From the NCBI GenBank assembly GCA_963749705.1, contig CAVVNQ010000004.1, forward strand, positions 96,001 through 160,000: a stretch of 64,000 nucleotides of DNA, in the 5' to 3' direction. Made by a program: the position numbers and the translations under genes. Every line of letters begins with the position of its first letter. Position 1 is the first letter of the stretch. The stretch is from an uncultured Chloroflexia bacterium (GTDB taxonomy: Bacteria > Chloroflexota > Limnocylindria > Limnocylindrales > CSP1-4). Of this stretch, positions 47,454 through 57,901 are shown piece after piece. Under the pieces are notes generated by a model. That model worked only from the letters and a program-made list of their open reading frames with translations. It was not told the DNA's origin and ran no database searches.

Positions 47454-49174
47454 CCGATGTCGCCATCCCGCGACCCGGCGGCGTGGTCGAGGTCGAGCTC
47501 AAGTTCCGCATGTCCGGGACGGGCGCCGGGACCCGGCTGATCGCCGCCGACGACCTGGCCGGGTTCGCCGCGCTGGCGCCCGCGGCGACGGTCCGGCACG
47601 AGGACCGGTACGTCGACACGGCCGACGGCCGGCTGGCGGCGGCCGGCTACGCGGGACGGTTCCGGTCGGCGGGCGATGTCACGGTGCTCACGCTCAAGTC
47701 CCTCCGCTCTGACGCCGAGGACGGCGCGCTCCACCGGCGCGAGGAGCTGGAGGGCCCGGCGATCGCCGAGGTCCCACCCGATGCGTGGCCCGACTCCGCG
47801 GCTCGCACCGCCGTGCTCGAGCTGCTGGGCGGTGCGCCGCTGAGCGACCTCGTGACCGTCCGGCAGACACGGCACAAGCGAACGTACGGGCGCGAGGGGG
47901 TCGTCGTCGAGCTGTCCGTCGATGACGTGGAGATCGTGGCCGGCGAGCGGGTGCTGGACCGGTTCGCCGAGCTCGAGGTGGAGCTCATCGAGGGCGGCGA
48001 GGCGGCGCTCGAACCGCTCGCTGACCTGCTCGCCGAGGTCGAGGAGCTGGTCCCCGCCGAATCGTCGAAGCTCGAACGGGCGCTGGAGGCCGTCGCCCAC
48101 GACCGGGCGGGCACGGGCGACCTTCGCGAGGCACCCCAGGGCCCCCGGACGAGCGTGGCTGCCGGACCGGTCGAGGTGCCCGCGTCGGGCACGGACGTGA
48201 CCGCGACCCAGGCGCCGGAGCCGGCCGTCCCGCGGATCACCGTCCCCAAGGCGCCGGGTGTCATCTCCGAGGACCACCTCGCCGAGGCGGGTCGGAAGGT
48301 GCTCCGGTTCCACCTGGCCCGGATGATCGCCCGCGAGCCCGGCACCCGCGTCGGCCGCGACGACGCGGAGCTGCACGCGATGCGCGTGGCGACGCGGCGA
48401 CAGCGCGCCGCCTGGCGCGTGTTCGGCGAGGCGTTCGACCGCAAGGCGACGGCCCGCCACCGGGTCCGGCTGCGCGAGGTCGCCCGGGACCTGGGTGCGG
48501 TCCGGGACCTCGATGTGCTGATCGGGGCCGCCGAGATGCATCGTGCCCAGCTGCCGGCACGCGAGGCGGCGGCCTTCGACCGGCTGATCCAGGGGTGGCG
48601 CGGGCAGCGCGAAGGTGCCCGCGAGGTCCTGCTCCGGGAGCTCGACTCGGGCCGCTACCGCAAATGGGTCGACGGGTACGTGGAGTTCGTCCAGGCCGAG
48701 GGAGCGGGCGCTCTCCCGGTCGGGCCGACCCAGCCCCACCGCGTGCGGGACACGATGCCGTCGCGGATCTGGGCGGCGTACGAGGGCGTTCGCGCCTACG
48801 AGCCCGTGCTCAGGTGGGCCGACGTGACCACCCTCCACGACCTCCGGATCGCGGCCAAGTGGCTGCGCTACACGCTGGAGTTCGTGCGCGAGGCGCTGGG
48901 ACGTGACGCCGGCCCGGTCATCGAGAAGATCGTCGCGCTCCAGGACCACCTCGGCTGGCTCCACGACGCGGACGTGGCGGCGGCCCTTGCGCGCCAGTAC
49001 CTGGTGGAGCACGCGGGCGACCTCACGGAGCTCGAGAGCGCGGCGATCGGCCGCTATCTCGTCGATCGGGAGCGGGAGCTCGCGCGGCTCCGGCGGACCG
49101 TCGGCGGACCCTGGCGCGGGTTGTCGAGCCTCGCCTTCCGTCGCGCGCTCGGCCGGCTCGTGGCGGGCCTGTAG
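47450..49174 (+). CDS. CYTH + CHAD domain protein
   Basis: EVELKF (ExExK), YVDTAD, ELEVEL, SKLERA (CYTH); LHAMRVATRR, LGAVRDLDV, LHDLRIAAKWLRY, LQDHLGWLHD (CHAD). Confidence 0.92.
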   Translation: MTDVAIPRPGGVVEVELKFRMSGTGAGTRLIAADDLAGFAALAPAATVRHEDRYVDTADGRLAAAGYAGRFRSAGDVTVLTLKSLRSDAEDGALHRREELEGPAIAEVPPDAWPDSAARTAVLELLGGAPLSDLVTVRQTRHKRTYGREGVVVELSVDDVEIVAGERVLDRFAELEVELIEGGEAALEPLADLLAEVEELVPAESSKLERALEAVAHDRAGTGDLREAPQGPRTSVAAGPVEVPASGTDVTATQAPEPAVPRITVPKAPGVISEDHLAEAGRKVLRFHLARMIAREPGTRVGRDDAELHAMRVATRRQRAAWRVFGEAFDRKATARHRVRLREVARDLGAVRDLDVLIGAAEMHRAQLPAREAAAFDRLIQGWRGQREGAREVLLRELDSGRYRKWVDGYVEFVQAEGAGALPVGPTQPHRVRDTMPSRIWAAYEGVRAYEPVLRWADVTTLHDLRIAAKWLRYTLEFVREALGRDAGPVIEKIVALQDHLGWLHDADVAAALARQYLVEHAGDLTELESAAIGRYLVDRERELARLRRTVGGPWRGLSSLAFRRALGRLVAGL

Positions 49175-49176
49175 GC

Positions 49177-51189
49177 CTAGCCCTCCCAGCCGCCGGCCAG
49201 GACGGGCAACCGGTCCCGCCAGGCACGACCCGCGATGGCACTCACCAGGATCGCCCCTTCCCGGATGCCCGCCTCGGACACGCGCAGGCGGTCGACGCCG
49301 TACCGGTCCAGGATCGCGTCCACGATCACGGCGCCGGCCGGCAGGATCCTGGCCCGGGTGTGGCGGAGCGTGTGACGCGCCGCGGTGTCGGCACTGGTCC
49401 CGACCGTCAGCATCGCGAGCGCGATCGTCACGCGGCGGCTGGTGAGGATGCTGTCGGACGTCCGTCCCGGCAGGATCCGCAACAGGTTGGACGCGGTTCC
49501 GCCGACCGCGACCATCTCCTCGGGACGGGCGTCGGGCGCGTCGGCGATGACGCGTCGAGCGTCGATGACCATGGCGTCGATCTCGTCCATCGTGGGCGGA
49601 TCGGATCGAACGTGATCCTGCGTCAGGCGCGCTGATCCGAGCGGCAGGCCGATGCACCGGGCGGGCTCGCCCGGCGAGGAGACGACGATCTCGGAGCTGC
49701 CGCCGCCGATGTCGACGACCATGATCTCGCGACCGGCGGCCCGTCCCATCGTGACGCCCGCCAGCGTGAGCATGCCCTCTTCACGGTGGTCGAGGACGTA
49801 CAGCGGCAGGCCAGTACGCGCCTCGACGTCGCGGACGAGGATCGCGGCATCGGCGGCGCGCCGGATCGGCTCGGTGCCCATCAGCACGACCTCGACGGCA
49901 CCGAGGTTCCGGGCGGCCTCCGCGTATGTCGCCAGGGCAGCGACGAGGTCATCGCGCGCGGTCGCACCGAGGAAGCCATCCGTCGCCACGCGATCGCCCA
50001 GCCCGAGGAACACCAATTCGTCGAGCATCGGATCGAGCTGGTGGCCCCCGGCCGCGGCGACCAGGAGATGGACGCTGTTGGCGCCGATGTCGATGGATGC
50101 ACCGACGACGAGCTCGGGACCGGTCACCAGCAGCGGCCGGGAGATCTCGATCACGGTCACCGACGGTCCCTGGGGCTCCAACCCGGCGGCGGCTGCCGGC
50201 GGCAGGTCAGCTGCGAGCTCCGGCTCGGCGGCGGTGGACGGTTCGGGGGCGGCGGACGGTTCGTCCGGCGCGACGGGGGCCACGTCGTAGGCGTCCGGAA
50301 CATCGTCATCGGGACTCGACATGTACGGCGGCGCGACCTGGGCGTCAAAGGCGAAGCCGGTTCGATCGGGTGACATGGCGAATGGCGGCTCGACCGGCCA
50401 CGGATCGGACGGCGTTGCGAACGCCGGCTGCCGTGGTCCTGGCTCGGGTTCGGGTTCCGCCTCGAGGGGCGGCTCAGGTTCGAGCTCGAGGGCCGGCTCG
50501 GGCTCAGACTCCGGTTCCGGCTCCAGGGCGAGTTCGGGCTCGGGTTCGGGCTCGAGGGCGAGTTCGGGCTCCGGCTCGATGGCAGGTTCGGGCTCGAGGG
50601 CGAGTTCGGGCTCCGGCTCGATGGCCGGTTCGGGCTCGAGGGCAGGTTCGGGTTCGGGCTCGGGTTCGGGCTCGGGCTCGGGCGCCGATCCGACCTCGGG
50701 TTCCGATTCGACCTCGGCCTCCGGTTCGGGGTCGCGCTCGCGCCGCCCGACACGGTCGACGATCCGCGACGCAGCGGGCTCAGCGGTCTGGCGGACGAGA
50801 TCGGCGACCTCCTGGAGCACCGCTTCGGCAGCTGCGGCCATCTCGCCCGATTGCTCTGCCTGCTCCGGTACGGGCTCGGGCGCGGGCACGGCGACCCGCG
50901 CCGCGCGCTCTCGCTTGACCCGCCGAGCATCCGCATGCACATCGACCGCCGTTGCGGCGACGTCCGCGGCCGTTCGTTCGATCCTGCGGGCTGCTTTCGC
51001 CGCCCGCTTTGCTGCCTTGGCCGCCCGTTGCGCCGCCTTCTCGGCGGCGGCCGCCTCCCGCCGCGCCGCCCTGGCCCGCCGTTTCGCTTCCTTCCTTATG
51101 GCCTTCCGTTCCGCCTTGCGCGCGGCCTTGCGGGCGGCTTTCGCCTTCTTCGCGGCGCGCCTGCCGGCCTTTGCCTCGCGCTTCGACAT
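49177..51189 (-). CDS. ppx: Ppx/GppA-family phosphatase with a very long charged N-terminal extension
   Basis: C-terminal ~300 aa: [36 protein letters not shown]. In-frame Lys/Arg/Ala block and Glu-Pro repeats. Start could lie further upstream (frame open to 51375). Confidence 0.82.
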   Translation of the reverse strand: MSKREAKAGRRAAKKAKAARKAARKAERKAIRKEAKRRARAARREAAAAEKAAQRAAKAAKRAAKAARRIERTAADVAATAVDVHADARRVKRERAARVAVPAPEPVPEQAEQSGEMAAAAEAVLQEVADLVRQTAEPAASRIVDRVGRRERDPEPEAEVESEPEVGSAPEPEPEPEPEPEPALEPEPAIEPEPELALEPEPAIEPEPELALEPEPEPELALEPEPESEPEPALELEPEPPLEAEPEPEPGPRQPAFATPSDPWPVEPPFAMSPDRTGFAFDAQVAPPYMSSPDDDVPDAYDVAPVAPDEPSAAPEPSTAAEPELAADLPPAAAAGLEPQGPSVTVIEISRPLLVTGPELVVGASIDIGANSVHLLVAAAGGHQLDPMLDELVFLGLGDRVATDGFLGATARDDLVAALATYAEAARNLGAVEVVLMGTEPIRRAADAAILVRDVEARTGLPLYVLDHREEGMLTLAGVTMGRAAGREIMVVDIGGGSSEIVVSSPGEPARCIGLPLGSARLTQDHVRSDPPTMDEIDAMVIDARRVIADAPDARPEEMVAVGGTASNLLRILPGRTSDSILTSRRVTIALAMLTVGTSADTAARHTLRHTRARILPAGAVIVDAILDRYGVDRLRVSEAGIREGAILVSAIAGRAWRDRLPVLAGGWEG
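50440..50735 (-). repeat. Glu-Pro low-complexity repeat with [14 protein letters not shown] higher-order units
   Basis: Repeated TTCGGGCTCGAG/CTCGGG units encoding [30 protein letters not shown]. Confidence 0.92.
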
Positions 51190-51491
51190 TGCGTCGTCGG
51201 CCGGCTCCTGGTCCGGCGTCTCGCGGACGCCGCCCGCGCGCGGCAACCCTGTGCCCGTCGGCGGCACGTCCAGACCACCCGGCGCGCCCGCAAACGGGTT
51301 GTCGAGCCCGCTCGTCTCGCCGCTCCGACGCCAGTCGGTCCTGTCGTGATCACCCACCGCACAAGTCTGCCCCACCCGCGGCCACCCTGCGAGGCCGGCG
51401 TGACCGCATGACGTGCTGCGGCGCCCGATCGCTCACGTTCGATGACCGACCCGGAACGGGACCGCGATTCGTGCACGGATCCCGAGCGGCA

Positions 51492-51524
51492 TCCACCGAA
51501 GCGTTAACCCGCACTTAACGGTCC
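51492..51524 (+). promoter_or_regulatory. PHO-box-like 11-bp direct repeats upstream of pstS
   Basis: TCCACCGAAGC / GTTAACCCGCA / CTTAACGGTCC, with TTAAC at 51504 and 51515; resembles the actinobacterial GTTCACC PhoP repeat. Confidence 0.7.
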
Positions 51525-51622
51525 GCACATCAGCCGTTGACGGCCGGGCTCGAACGTGAGAGCGGCAAGAGACGGAATCACTGCACGGCGCGTGGCGCCG
51601 GCCAACCCACGGAGGAGTCCTG

Positions 51623-52774
51623 GTGACCATCACCCCTGCGAGGCGCCTCGGCGCGATCGCCCTCGCCGCGACCATGTTCGTCGCCGCCTGCGGCGGCTCC
51701 GGCGCCACCACCGCGCCCACCGACCAGTCGGCGGCAAGCATGGCTCCCGGATCCTCGGGCGACGCGATGACCGGACCCGAGCCCGGCACGGCGAGCCTCG
51801 TGCTCCAGGGCGCCGGTGCCACCTTCCCGGCCCCCCTGTACCAGGTCTGGTTCGAGAAGTACACGGAGCTGCACGGCAACATCCAGTTCGACTACCAGGC
51901 GATCGGCTCCGGCGGTGGCATCAAGGCCATCACCGAGCAGACCGTGGACTTCGGCGCATCCGATGCAGCGATGAAGGACAGCGAGATCTCCGCGCTCCCG
52001 GCCGGCGTCACGCTGCTCCATGTCCCGACCGCGCTGGGCGCCGTCGTGGTGATCTTTAACGTCCCGGGCGTGACCGACCTGAACCTCGACGCCGACGCGG
52101 TGGCCGGGATCTTCCTGGGCACGATCACCAACTGGAACGACCCGAAGATCGCGGCGCTCAATCCCGGCGTCACGCTCCCCGACCTCGCGGTCACGGTCGT
52201 CCATCGCAGCGACGGCTCGGGCACGACCAACGCCTTCACCACCTACCTCGACACGGTCAGCCCTGACTGGCACGCGGGTCCCGGTGCGGGCAAGGAGGTC
52301 AACTGGCCGGTGGGCATCGGTGCCCCGGGCAACGACGGCGTCGCCGGCGGCGTCAAGCAGACCGACGGGACGGTGGGCTACGTCGAGCTCAACTACGCCG
52401 CGCAGGCCGGGCTGACGTCGGCCAAGGTCAAGAACGCCGACGGCCAGTTCGTCGCCGGATCGACCGCCGGCGTCACCGCTGCCGCGGAAGCCGCCGCCAC
52501 CACCTTCCCCGCCGACTTCCGCCAGGCCCCGATCATCAACGGTGCGGGCGCCTCGACCTATCCGATCGCTTCCTACACCTACCTGCTGATCCCGGTCGAC
52601 TGGACCGACGCTGACAAGGCGCAGGCGATGGTCGCGTTCACCTACTGGGCGCTGACCGACGGCCAGGCGGACGAGGACGGGCTGGGCTACGCACCGCTCC
52701 CCGCCCCGATCCAGCAGAAGTCGCTCGACGAGCTCCACAAGGTCATGGCCAACGGGTCCGCCGTCTGGCCCTGA
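51623..52774 (+). CDS. pstS: Phosphate ABC substrate-binding lipoprotein
   Basis: VAAC lipobox, GAGATFPAPLY, GSGGGI, DFGASD, HRSDGSGTT, YPIASYTY. Confidence 0.96.
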   Translation: MTITPARRLGAIALAATMFVAACGGSGATTAPTDQSAASMAPGSSGDAMTGPEPGTASLVLQGAGATFPAPLYQVWFEKYTELHGNIQFDYQAIGSGGGIKAITEQTVDFGASDAAMKDSEISALPAGVTLLHVPTALGAVVVIFNVPGVTDLNLDADAVAGIFLGTITNWNDPKIAALNPGVTLPDLAVTVVHRSDGSGTTNAFTTYLDTVSPDWHAGPGAGKEVNWPVGIGAPGNDGVAGGVKQTDGTVGYVELNYAAQAGLTSAKVKNADGQFVAGSTAGVTAAAEAAATTFPADFRQAPIINGAGASTYPIASYTYLLIPVDWTDADKAQAMVAFTYWALTDGQADEDGLGYAPLPAPIQQKSLDELHKVMANGSAVWP

Positions 52775-52800
52775 GCCAATCCCTCGCACTCCCTCCTCCG

Positions 52801-52836
52801 CCGACCGGTCCCGCATCTCGGAGCGGGACCGGTCGG
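52801..52836 (+). terminator. GC hairpin between pstS and pstC (partial terminator or mRNA stabiliser)
   Basis: Perfect 14-bp stem CCGACCGGTCCCGC / GCGGGACCGGTCGG with an 8-nt loop; no U-tract. Confidence 0.7.
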
Positions 52837-52897
52837 TCCCGTTCGTCGGCACTACCCTTGGCAACGTGACCCTTCCCCGCCATTCGAGGATCACCGC

Positions 52898-53860
52898 ATG
52901 ACGACGCTCCAGGTCCCCGGACGACGGCTTGCCTCCGGCTCGGGCAAGGTCGCCGACCGCCTGTTCCGTGGCGGATCGGGCCTCGCCGCGTATGCGGTCG
53001 TCGGGATCCTGATCCTGCTGGCGGCGATGCTGACGCTGAGCAGCACCGAGGCCCTGACGCACTTCGGGATCGTCGAGTTCATCACGGGCACGACCTGGGA
53101 CCCGGTCAACCGGATCTTCGGTGCGCTGCCGTACATCGTCGGCACGCTCCTGTCCGCCGCGATCGCGCTGGTCATCGCCACACCGATCGCGCTGCTCACC
53201 GCGATCTACCTCTCGGAGCTCGCGCCGCGCCGGGTCGCGATCCCGCTCACGTTCCTGGTCGAGCTGATCGCAGCGGTCCCATCCGTCGTCATCGGCCTGT
53301 GGGGCGTGTTCGTGCTGACGCCGTTCCTCAAGCTGACCGTCGAGTCCTTCCTCGTGAGCACCCTCGGCGGCTCGATCAGCATCTTCGAGGGGCCGCCGCT
53401 GGGGATCGGGCTGTTCGCCGCCGGCGTCATCCTCGCGATCATGATCCTGCCCACCATCGTGTCCGTCTCGCGCGAGGTCATCACCTCGGTGCCGATGGCC
53501 CAGCGCGAAGCAATGTTCGCCCTCGGCGCCACGCGCTGGGAGGTGGTCACCAGGGCCGTCCTGCCGGCGGCCAGGTCGGGCATCGCCGGGGCGGTGATCC
53601 TGGGCCTGGGCCGCGCGCTGGGCGAGACGATGGCCGTGACCATGGTCATCGGCAACGCGCAGGACATCCCGACGTCGCTGTTCGACCAGTCGCAGACCAT
53701 CGCGTCCAAGATCGCGACGACCTTCAACGAGGCGTCGGTCGGGCTCCAGACCTCGAGCCTCATCGCCCTCGGCCTGATCCTGCTGGTGCTGACGATCGGG
53801 CTCAACATCGTGGCCCGGTTGCTGGTGTGGCGGGTCGCCGGCGCGGTCGGCACGGAGTGA
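52898..53860 (+). CDS. pstC: Phosphate ABC permease
   Basis: WDP, ELIAAVPSVVIGLWG, ALGATRWE, GRALGETMAV. Confidence 0.95.
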   Translation: MTTLQVPGRRLASGSGKVADRLFRGGSGLAAYAVVGILILLAAMLTLSSTEALTHFGIVEFITGTTWDPVNRIFGALPYIVGTLLSAAIALVIATPIALLTAIYLSELAPRRVAIPLTFLVELIAAVPSVVIGLWGVFVLTPFLKLTVESFLVSTLGGSISIFEGPPLGIGLFAAGVILAIMILPTIVSVSREVITSVPMAQREAMFALGATRWEVVTRAVLPAARSGIAGAVILGLGRALGETMAVTMVIGNAQDIPTSLFDQSQTIASKIATTFNEASVGLQTSSLIALGLILLVLTIGLNIVARLLVWRVAGAVGTE

Positions 53861-53864
53861 TGGC

Positions 53865-54753
53865 ATGACCGCAGGCTCCCCCGCCGTCGCTGCCCGGGGC
53901 GTGCTCAGGAGGTCGGCGTCCGATCGTCGCCGCAGCCTGGTCGACCGCACGTTCCGCGCCATCGCGCTGCTCGCAGCGATCAGCGGGATCGTGCCGCTCG
54001 CGTTCATCGTCGCGTTCGTGACGATCAACGGCATCGGTGCCCTCAACCTCGACCTGCTGACCAGGCCGCCGAAGGCGCTTGGGCGTCGGCGGGGGTGCGC
54101 TGGCGGCGATCCTTGGCTCGCTCCAGCTGGTCGGCCTGGCCACGCTGCTGGCGGTCCCGTTCGGGATCCTCGCCGGCGTGTACGTCAACGAGTTCAGCGA
54201 CCGGCGGTCCGCCCGCGTGATCCGGTTCGCGGCCGACGTCCTGGTGGGCGTCCCGTCGATCCTGGTCGGGATCTTCGTGTTCAGCTTCCTGGTGCTGCCG
54301 TTCAAGCAGTTCAACGCGTTCGCCGGCGCGGTGGCCCTGGCCGTGATCATGGTCCCGGTGATCATGCGCACGACCGAGGAGATGCTCAAGATCGTCCCCG
54401 GCACGCTCCGGGAGGCGTCGCTGTCGCTGGGCATCCCGGTCTGGCGGACGGTGCTCTCGGTCGTCATCCCCACCGGGCTGTCCGGGATCCTGACCGGCCT
54501 CATGCTGGCCATCGCCCGCGCGATGGGCGAGACTGCTCCCCTGCTGTTCACGGCACTCGGCAGCCGCCTCGTGAACGTGGGTGACTTCGGGCGGCCGATG
54601 GACGCCCTGCCGATCTTCATCTATGTCAATGCCCGGCAGCCGTACGAGGCGCTGAACCAGCAGGCCTGGGGTGCCGCATTCCTGCTGCTGGCATTCGTGC
54701 TCGTGATCAACGTCCTGGTGCGGTTCCGCACCTGGGGCCAGCGGGCCGGTTGA
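53865..54753 (+). CDS. pstA: Phosphate ABC permease with an apparent 1-nt frameshift at 54081-54083
   Basis: N-terminal TM in the 53865 frame; [11 protein letters not shown]...GVPSIL...[11 protein letters not shown] in the next frame. Removing one G joins them. Confidence 0.9.
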
Positions 54754-54760
54754 GGGAGCC

Positions 54761-55738
54761 ATGACCGTGAACCTGACCACACCGCCGAACCTCGAGCCGT
54801 CGACCGAGCCGGGGACGGCGCCGTCGACCGAGCCGGGCGGGGCGTCGCACCAGCCCGCGCGCGATCCCGCGACCCCGTCGGCGTCGGAGGGCGCGGTCGT
54901 CCGGCGCGCGGTGCCGCCCGATCCGGCCGCCCGGGACACGCCGGCGCCGGGTGCCGCCGAGGCGACGAGCGGCAGGATCGAGATCCGGGGCCTGTCCGCG
55001 TACTACGGCTCGTTCAGGGCCGTGCGCGACGTCTCGATGACCATCCGGCCGCACGCGGTCACGGCCATCATCGGGCCGTCCGGCTGTGGCAAGAGCACGT
55101 TCCTGCGAAGCCTCAACCGGATGCACGAGCTGGTCCCCGGCGCCCACATCGAGGGCCAGCTGCTGCTCGACGGCATCGACCTGTACGCCGACGACGTGGA
55201 CCCGGTCCAGCTGCGGCGGGTGATCGGGATGGTGTTCCAGCGGCCGAACCCGTTCCCCACCATGTCGATCTACGACAACGTGGTCGCGGGGCTGCGGCTC
55301 ACGGGGCGTCACCCCCGGTCATTGCTCGACGAGACGGTCGAGCGCTGCCTCCGGTCCGCGGCCCTGTGGGACGACGTGAAGGACAAGCTCCGGCAGCCCG
55401 GAACGTCGCTGTCGGGCGGCCAGCAGCAGCGGCTGTGCATCGCGCGCGCCCTGGCGGTGGACCCGGCCGTGCTGCTGATGGACGAGCCGGCGTCCGCGCT
55501 CGACCCGGTCGCGACGCTGCGGATCGAGGAGCTGATGCACGAGCTGCGGGCCAACTACACGATCGTGATCGTGACCCACAACATGCAGCAGGCGGCCCGG
55601 GTGAGCGATCAGACGGCGTTCTTCAACATGGACGACGACCGGGCGGGCTACCTTGTGGAGATGGCCGACACGACCACGATCTTCACCAACCCGGCCGACC
55701 GGCTGACCGAGGACTACGTGTCCGGCCGGTTCGGCTGA
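54761..55738 (+). CDS. pstB: Phosphate ABC ATPase
   Basis: [47 protein letters not shown]. Confidence 0.97.
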   Translation: MTVNLTTPPNLEPSTEPGTAPSTEPGGASHQPARDPATPSASEGAVVRRAVPPDPAARDTPAPGAAEATSGRIEIRGLSAYYGSFRAVRDVSMTIRPHAVTAIIGPSGCGKSTFLRSLNRMHELVPGAHIEGQLLLDGIDLYADDVDPVQLRRVIGMVFQRPNPFPTMSIYDNVVAGLRLTGRHPRSLLDETVERCLRSAALWDDVKDKLRQPGTSLSGGQQQRLCIARALAVDPAVLLMDEPASALDPVATLRIEELMHELRANYTIVIVTHNMQQAARVSDQTAFFNMDDDRAGYLVEMADTTTIFTNPADRLTEDYVSGRFG

Positions 55739-55752
55739 GACGGGAGGCGACG

Positions 55753-56517
55753 ATGACGGACAACGAGACGCCGACCGCGGCCAGCCTCGAGGCGGAGGTC
55801 GCCGCCCTGGCAGAGGCGGCCCGCGACGCGACCATCCCCCTCCCGGCCGAGCCGCGGCACCCGATCCGATCGACGTACGACCGCGAGATCGGCGAGGTCA
55901 AGGACAACGTCCTGCGCATGGGCTCGCTGGTCGAGTCGCAGATCCGTGCCGCGATCGCCGCGCTGATCGCACACGACGCGGATGCGGCGCTGCGGGTGAT
56001 CATCGACGACCGGCAGATCAACGAGGTGCAGCGCAAGGCGACCGCGATGATCGCCGCCGTGATCGCCACCCAGAACCCGGTCGCGCGCGACCTTCGCTAC
56101 CTGCTCACGCTGGACCATGTCTCGTACGAGCTGGAGCGGATGGGCGACCACGCCGGCTCGGTCGCCAAGCAGGCGCGCAAGCTGGCCCCGTATCCCCCGA
56201 TGGGGAACTTCGTGGACCTCCCGACCCTCGGCGAGCGGGTGGCCGAGCTGGTGCACGGGATCATTCGCGCGCTGGTCGAGGTGGACGAGGCCCAGGCGCG
56301 CGAGGTCGCCAGGCTGGACGACCAGGTCGACGACCTGTACCACGCGATCTTCGACCGGGTGCTGGTGCTGATGCGCGACGACCCCGCGAACGTGGAGCCC
56401 GGCACCCGGATCCTGTTCGCCTCGCACTACCTGGAGCGCATCGGGGATCGGGTCACGAACATCGCGGAGGACATCGTGTTCCTGGCCTCCGGCGAGGTCG
56501 AGGACCTCAACCCGTGA
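55753..56517 (+). CDS. phoU: Phosphate signalling protein PhoU
   Basis: QNPVARDLR, LERMGDH, DDQVDDLY, LERIGDRVTNIAE. Confidence 0.95.
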   Translation: MTDNETPTAASLEAEVAALAEAARDATIPLPAEPRHPIRSTYDREIGEVKDNVLRMGSLVESQIRAAIAALIAHDADAALRVIIDDRQINEVQRKATAMIAAVIATQNPVARDLRYLLTLDHVSYELERMGDHAGSVAKQARKLAPYPPMGNFVDLPTLGERVAELVHGIIRALVEVDEAQAREVARLDDQVDDLYHAIFDRVLVLMRDDPANVEPGTRILFASHYLERIGDRVTNIAEDIVFLASGEVEDLNP

Positions 56518-57014
56518 CCGCCGATCCGGGGGTCCACCCGCTGTTCCTGCTCCGCCATGCCCACGCCGGCAACCCCCAGCGCTGGCAGGGCGACGACGCG
56601 GATCGTCCCCTGTCCGACAAGGGGCGCGGCCAGGCCGAGCGGCTGGGCCGGCTGCTCGCCGCCATCGACGAGCCGCCGGACCTGTTCATCACCTCGCCCA
56701 AGGTGCGTGCAGAGGAGACGGCACGGATCGTGGCGGCGGCCGTCGGCGCCCCGGTCGCTGTCGATGCCCGCCTGACCGGCCCGCTGGACGCGTCGGTGCT
56801 CGATGACATCCTGGGTGCCGCCGGGCCGGTCGACCGGCCGTGCATCGTCGGCCACGACCCCGACTTCTCGGAGCTGCTGGGCGAGCTGGTCGGGCTGCCG
56901 GGCCTGCCGATGCGCAAGGGCGCGCTCGCCCGGGTGGACCTGCCAGGACGCGCGCCCGCGGGTCGCGGGATCCTGCGCTACCTGGTGCCGCCGGAGCTCG
57001 TGCCGGGCGGGTGA
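56514..57014 (+). CDS. sixA: SixA-like phosphohistidine phosphatase
   Basis: LLRHA, DADRPLS, TSPKVRAEETA, VGHDP. Confidence 0.85.
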   Translation: MTADPGVHPLFLLRHAHAGNPQRWQGDDADRPLSDKGRGQAERLGRLLAAIDEPPDLFITSPKVRAEETARIVAAAVGAPVAVDARLTGPLDASVLDDILGAAGPVDRPCIVGHDPDFSELLGELVGLPGLPMRKGALARVDLPGRAPAGRGILRYLVPPELVPGG

Positions 57015-57050
57015 GACCGCGGGCGCGGCGGTCGGGGCCGGCGCCGTCCC

Positions 57051-57878
57051 TCAGGCGCGCGTCCACCGCCAGCGCATCTTGTGGGTCAACGGTGACCCCG
57101 GGCCGACCACGTCCGCCTCCCCGTTCAGGGCGTCCGGCGGCCCGCTCTGGGGCTCCACGCAGATCGAGTCATCCGGCTCCGTGTACACGACCCACCAGGC
57201 ACAGTCGGACGACAGCTCGAGCCGCAGCTGGCCGGGCCACACGAGCACCGGGTCACGCTGGAGCCCCGTGAACGCATCGTCCCATGGGCCCGCCGAGGGC
57301 GGCACCCGCCGGCCGCTGGGCATCCCTTCCGCGTCTCGGACCAGCATCTCGTCCGCGGCGAGGTCCAGCGCGACCGGGACCTCGCCGGGCTCGAGGACCC
57401 GGCGGAACCACGGGTGCCAGCCGATCGTCGCGGGCATCGGCTCCGCGGCCTCGAGGGTCATCGTCACCTCGAGCCCGTCCTCGTCCAGCGCGAAATGCTG
57501 CGTCACGGAGCCCTGGAACGGCCACCTGGCGTCGAGGTCGATCGCGATGGTCTTGGGGTCCACCACGCGCCACGGACGGTCGTAGACGACGCCGTGGATG
57601 GCGTGCGGCGGCATGCCCAACGGGAGCTGGTGCTCGCGGCCCGCGAACGAGAACCGGCCATGGCGGACCCGGCCCGCCCACGGGGCCATCGGAAACGCGC
57701 CCCAGTACATGGGCCCGCGGTCGCGATCCGTCACCAGGAGCTCCCGGCTCGCGACGAGCACGGAGGCGAGCCGGCCACCGTGGTGCGCATCGACGACCAC
57801 GCGCGCACCGGCCGCCTCGAGGACGAGGGCGTCCTCTCCCCGGCTGCCATCGCGCACCCCTGCCCGGTTGATCGCCAT
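57051..57878 (-). CDS. Aldose 1-epimerase family protein
   Basis: PWAGRV, HAIHG, GWHPWF, ICVEPQ. Confidence 0.88.
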   Translation of the reverse strand: MAINRAGVRDGSRGEDALVLEAAGARVVVDAHHGGRLASVLVASRELLVTDRDRGPMYWGAFPMAPWAGRVRHGRFSFAGREHQLPLGMPPHAIHGVVYDRPWRVVDPKTIAIDLDARWPFQGSVTQHFALDEDGLEVTMTLEAAEPMPATIGWHPWFRRVLEPGEVPVALDLAADEMLVRDAEGMPSGRRVPPSAGPWDDAFTGLQRDPVLVWPGQLRLELSSDCAWWVVYTEPDDSICVEPQSGPPDALNGEADVVGPGSPLTHKMRWRWTRA

Positions 57879-57901
57879 GTTCGTGCTCCGATCGTGGCGG
57901 A

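Noticed and set aside
50440-50735. Repeat array as a possible CRISPR
   Set aside because: No unique spacers, period is a multiple of 3, lies in frame within ppx, and no cas genes are present.
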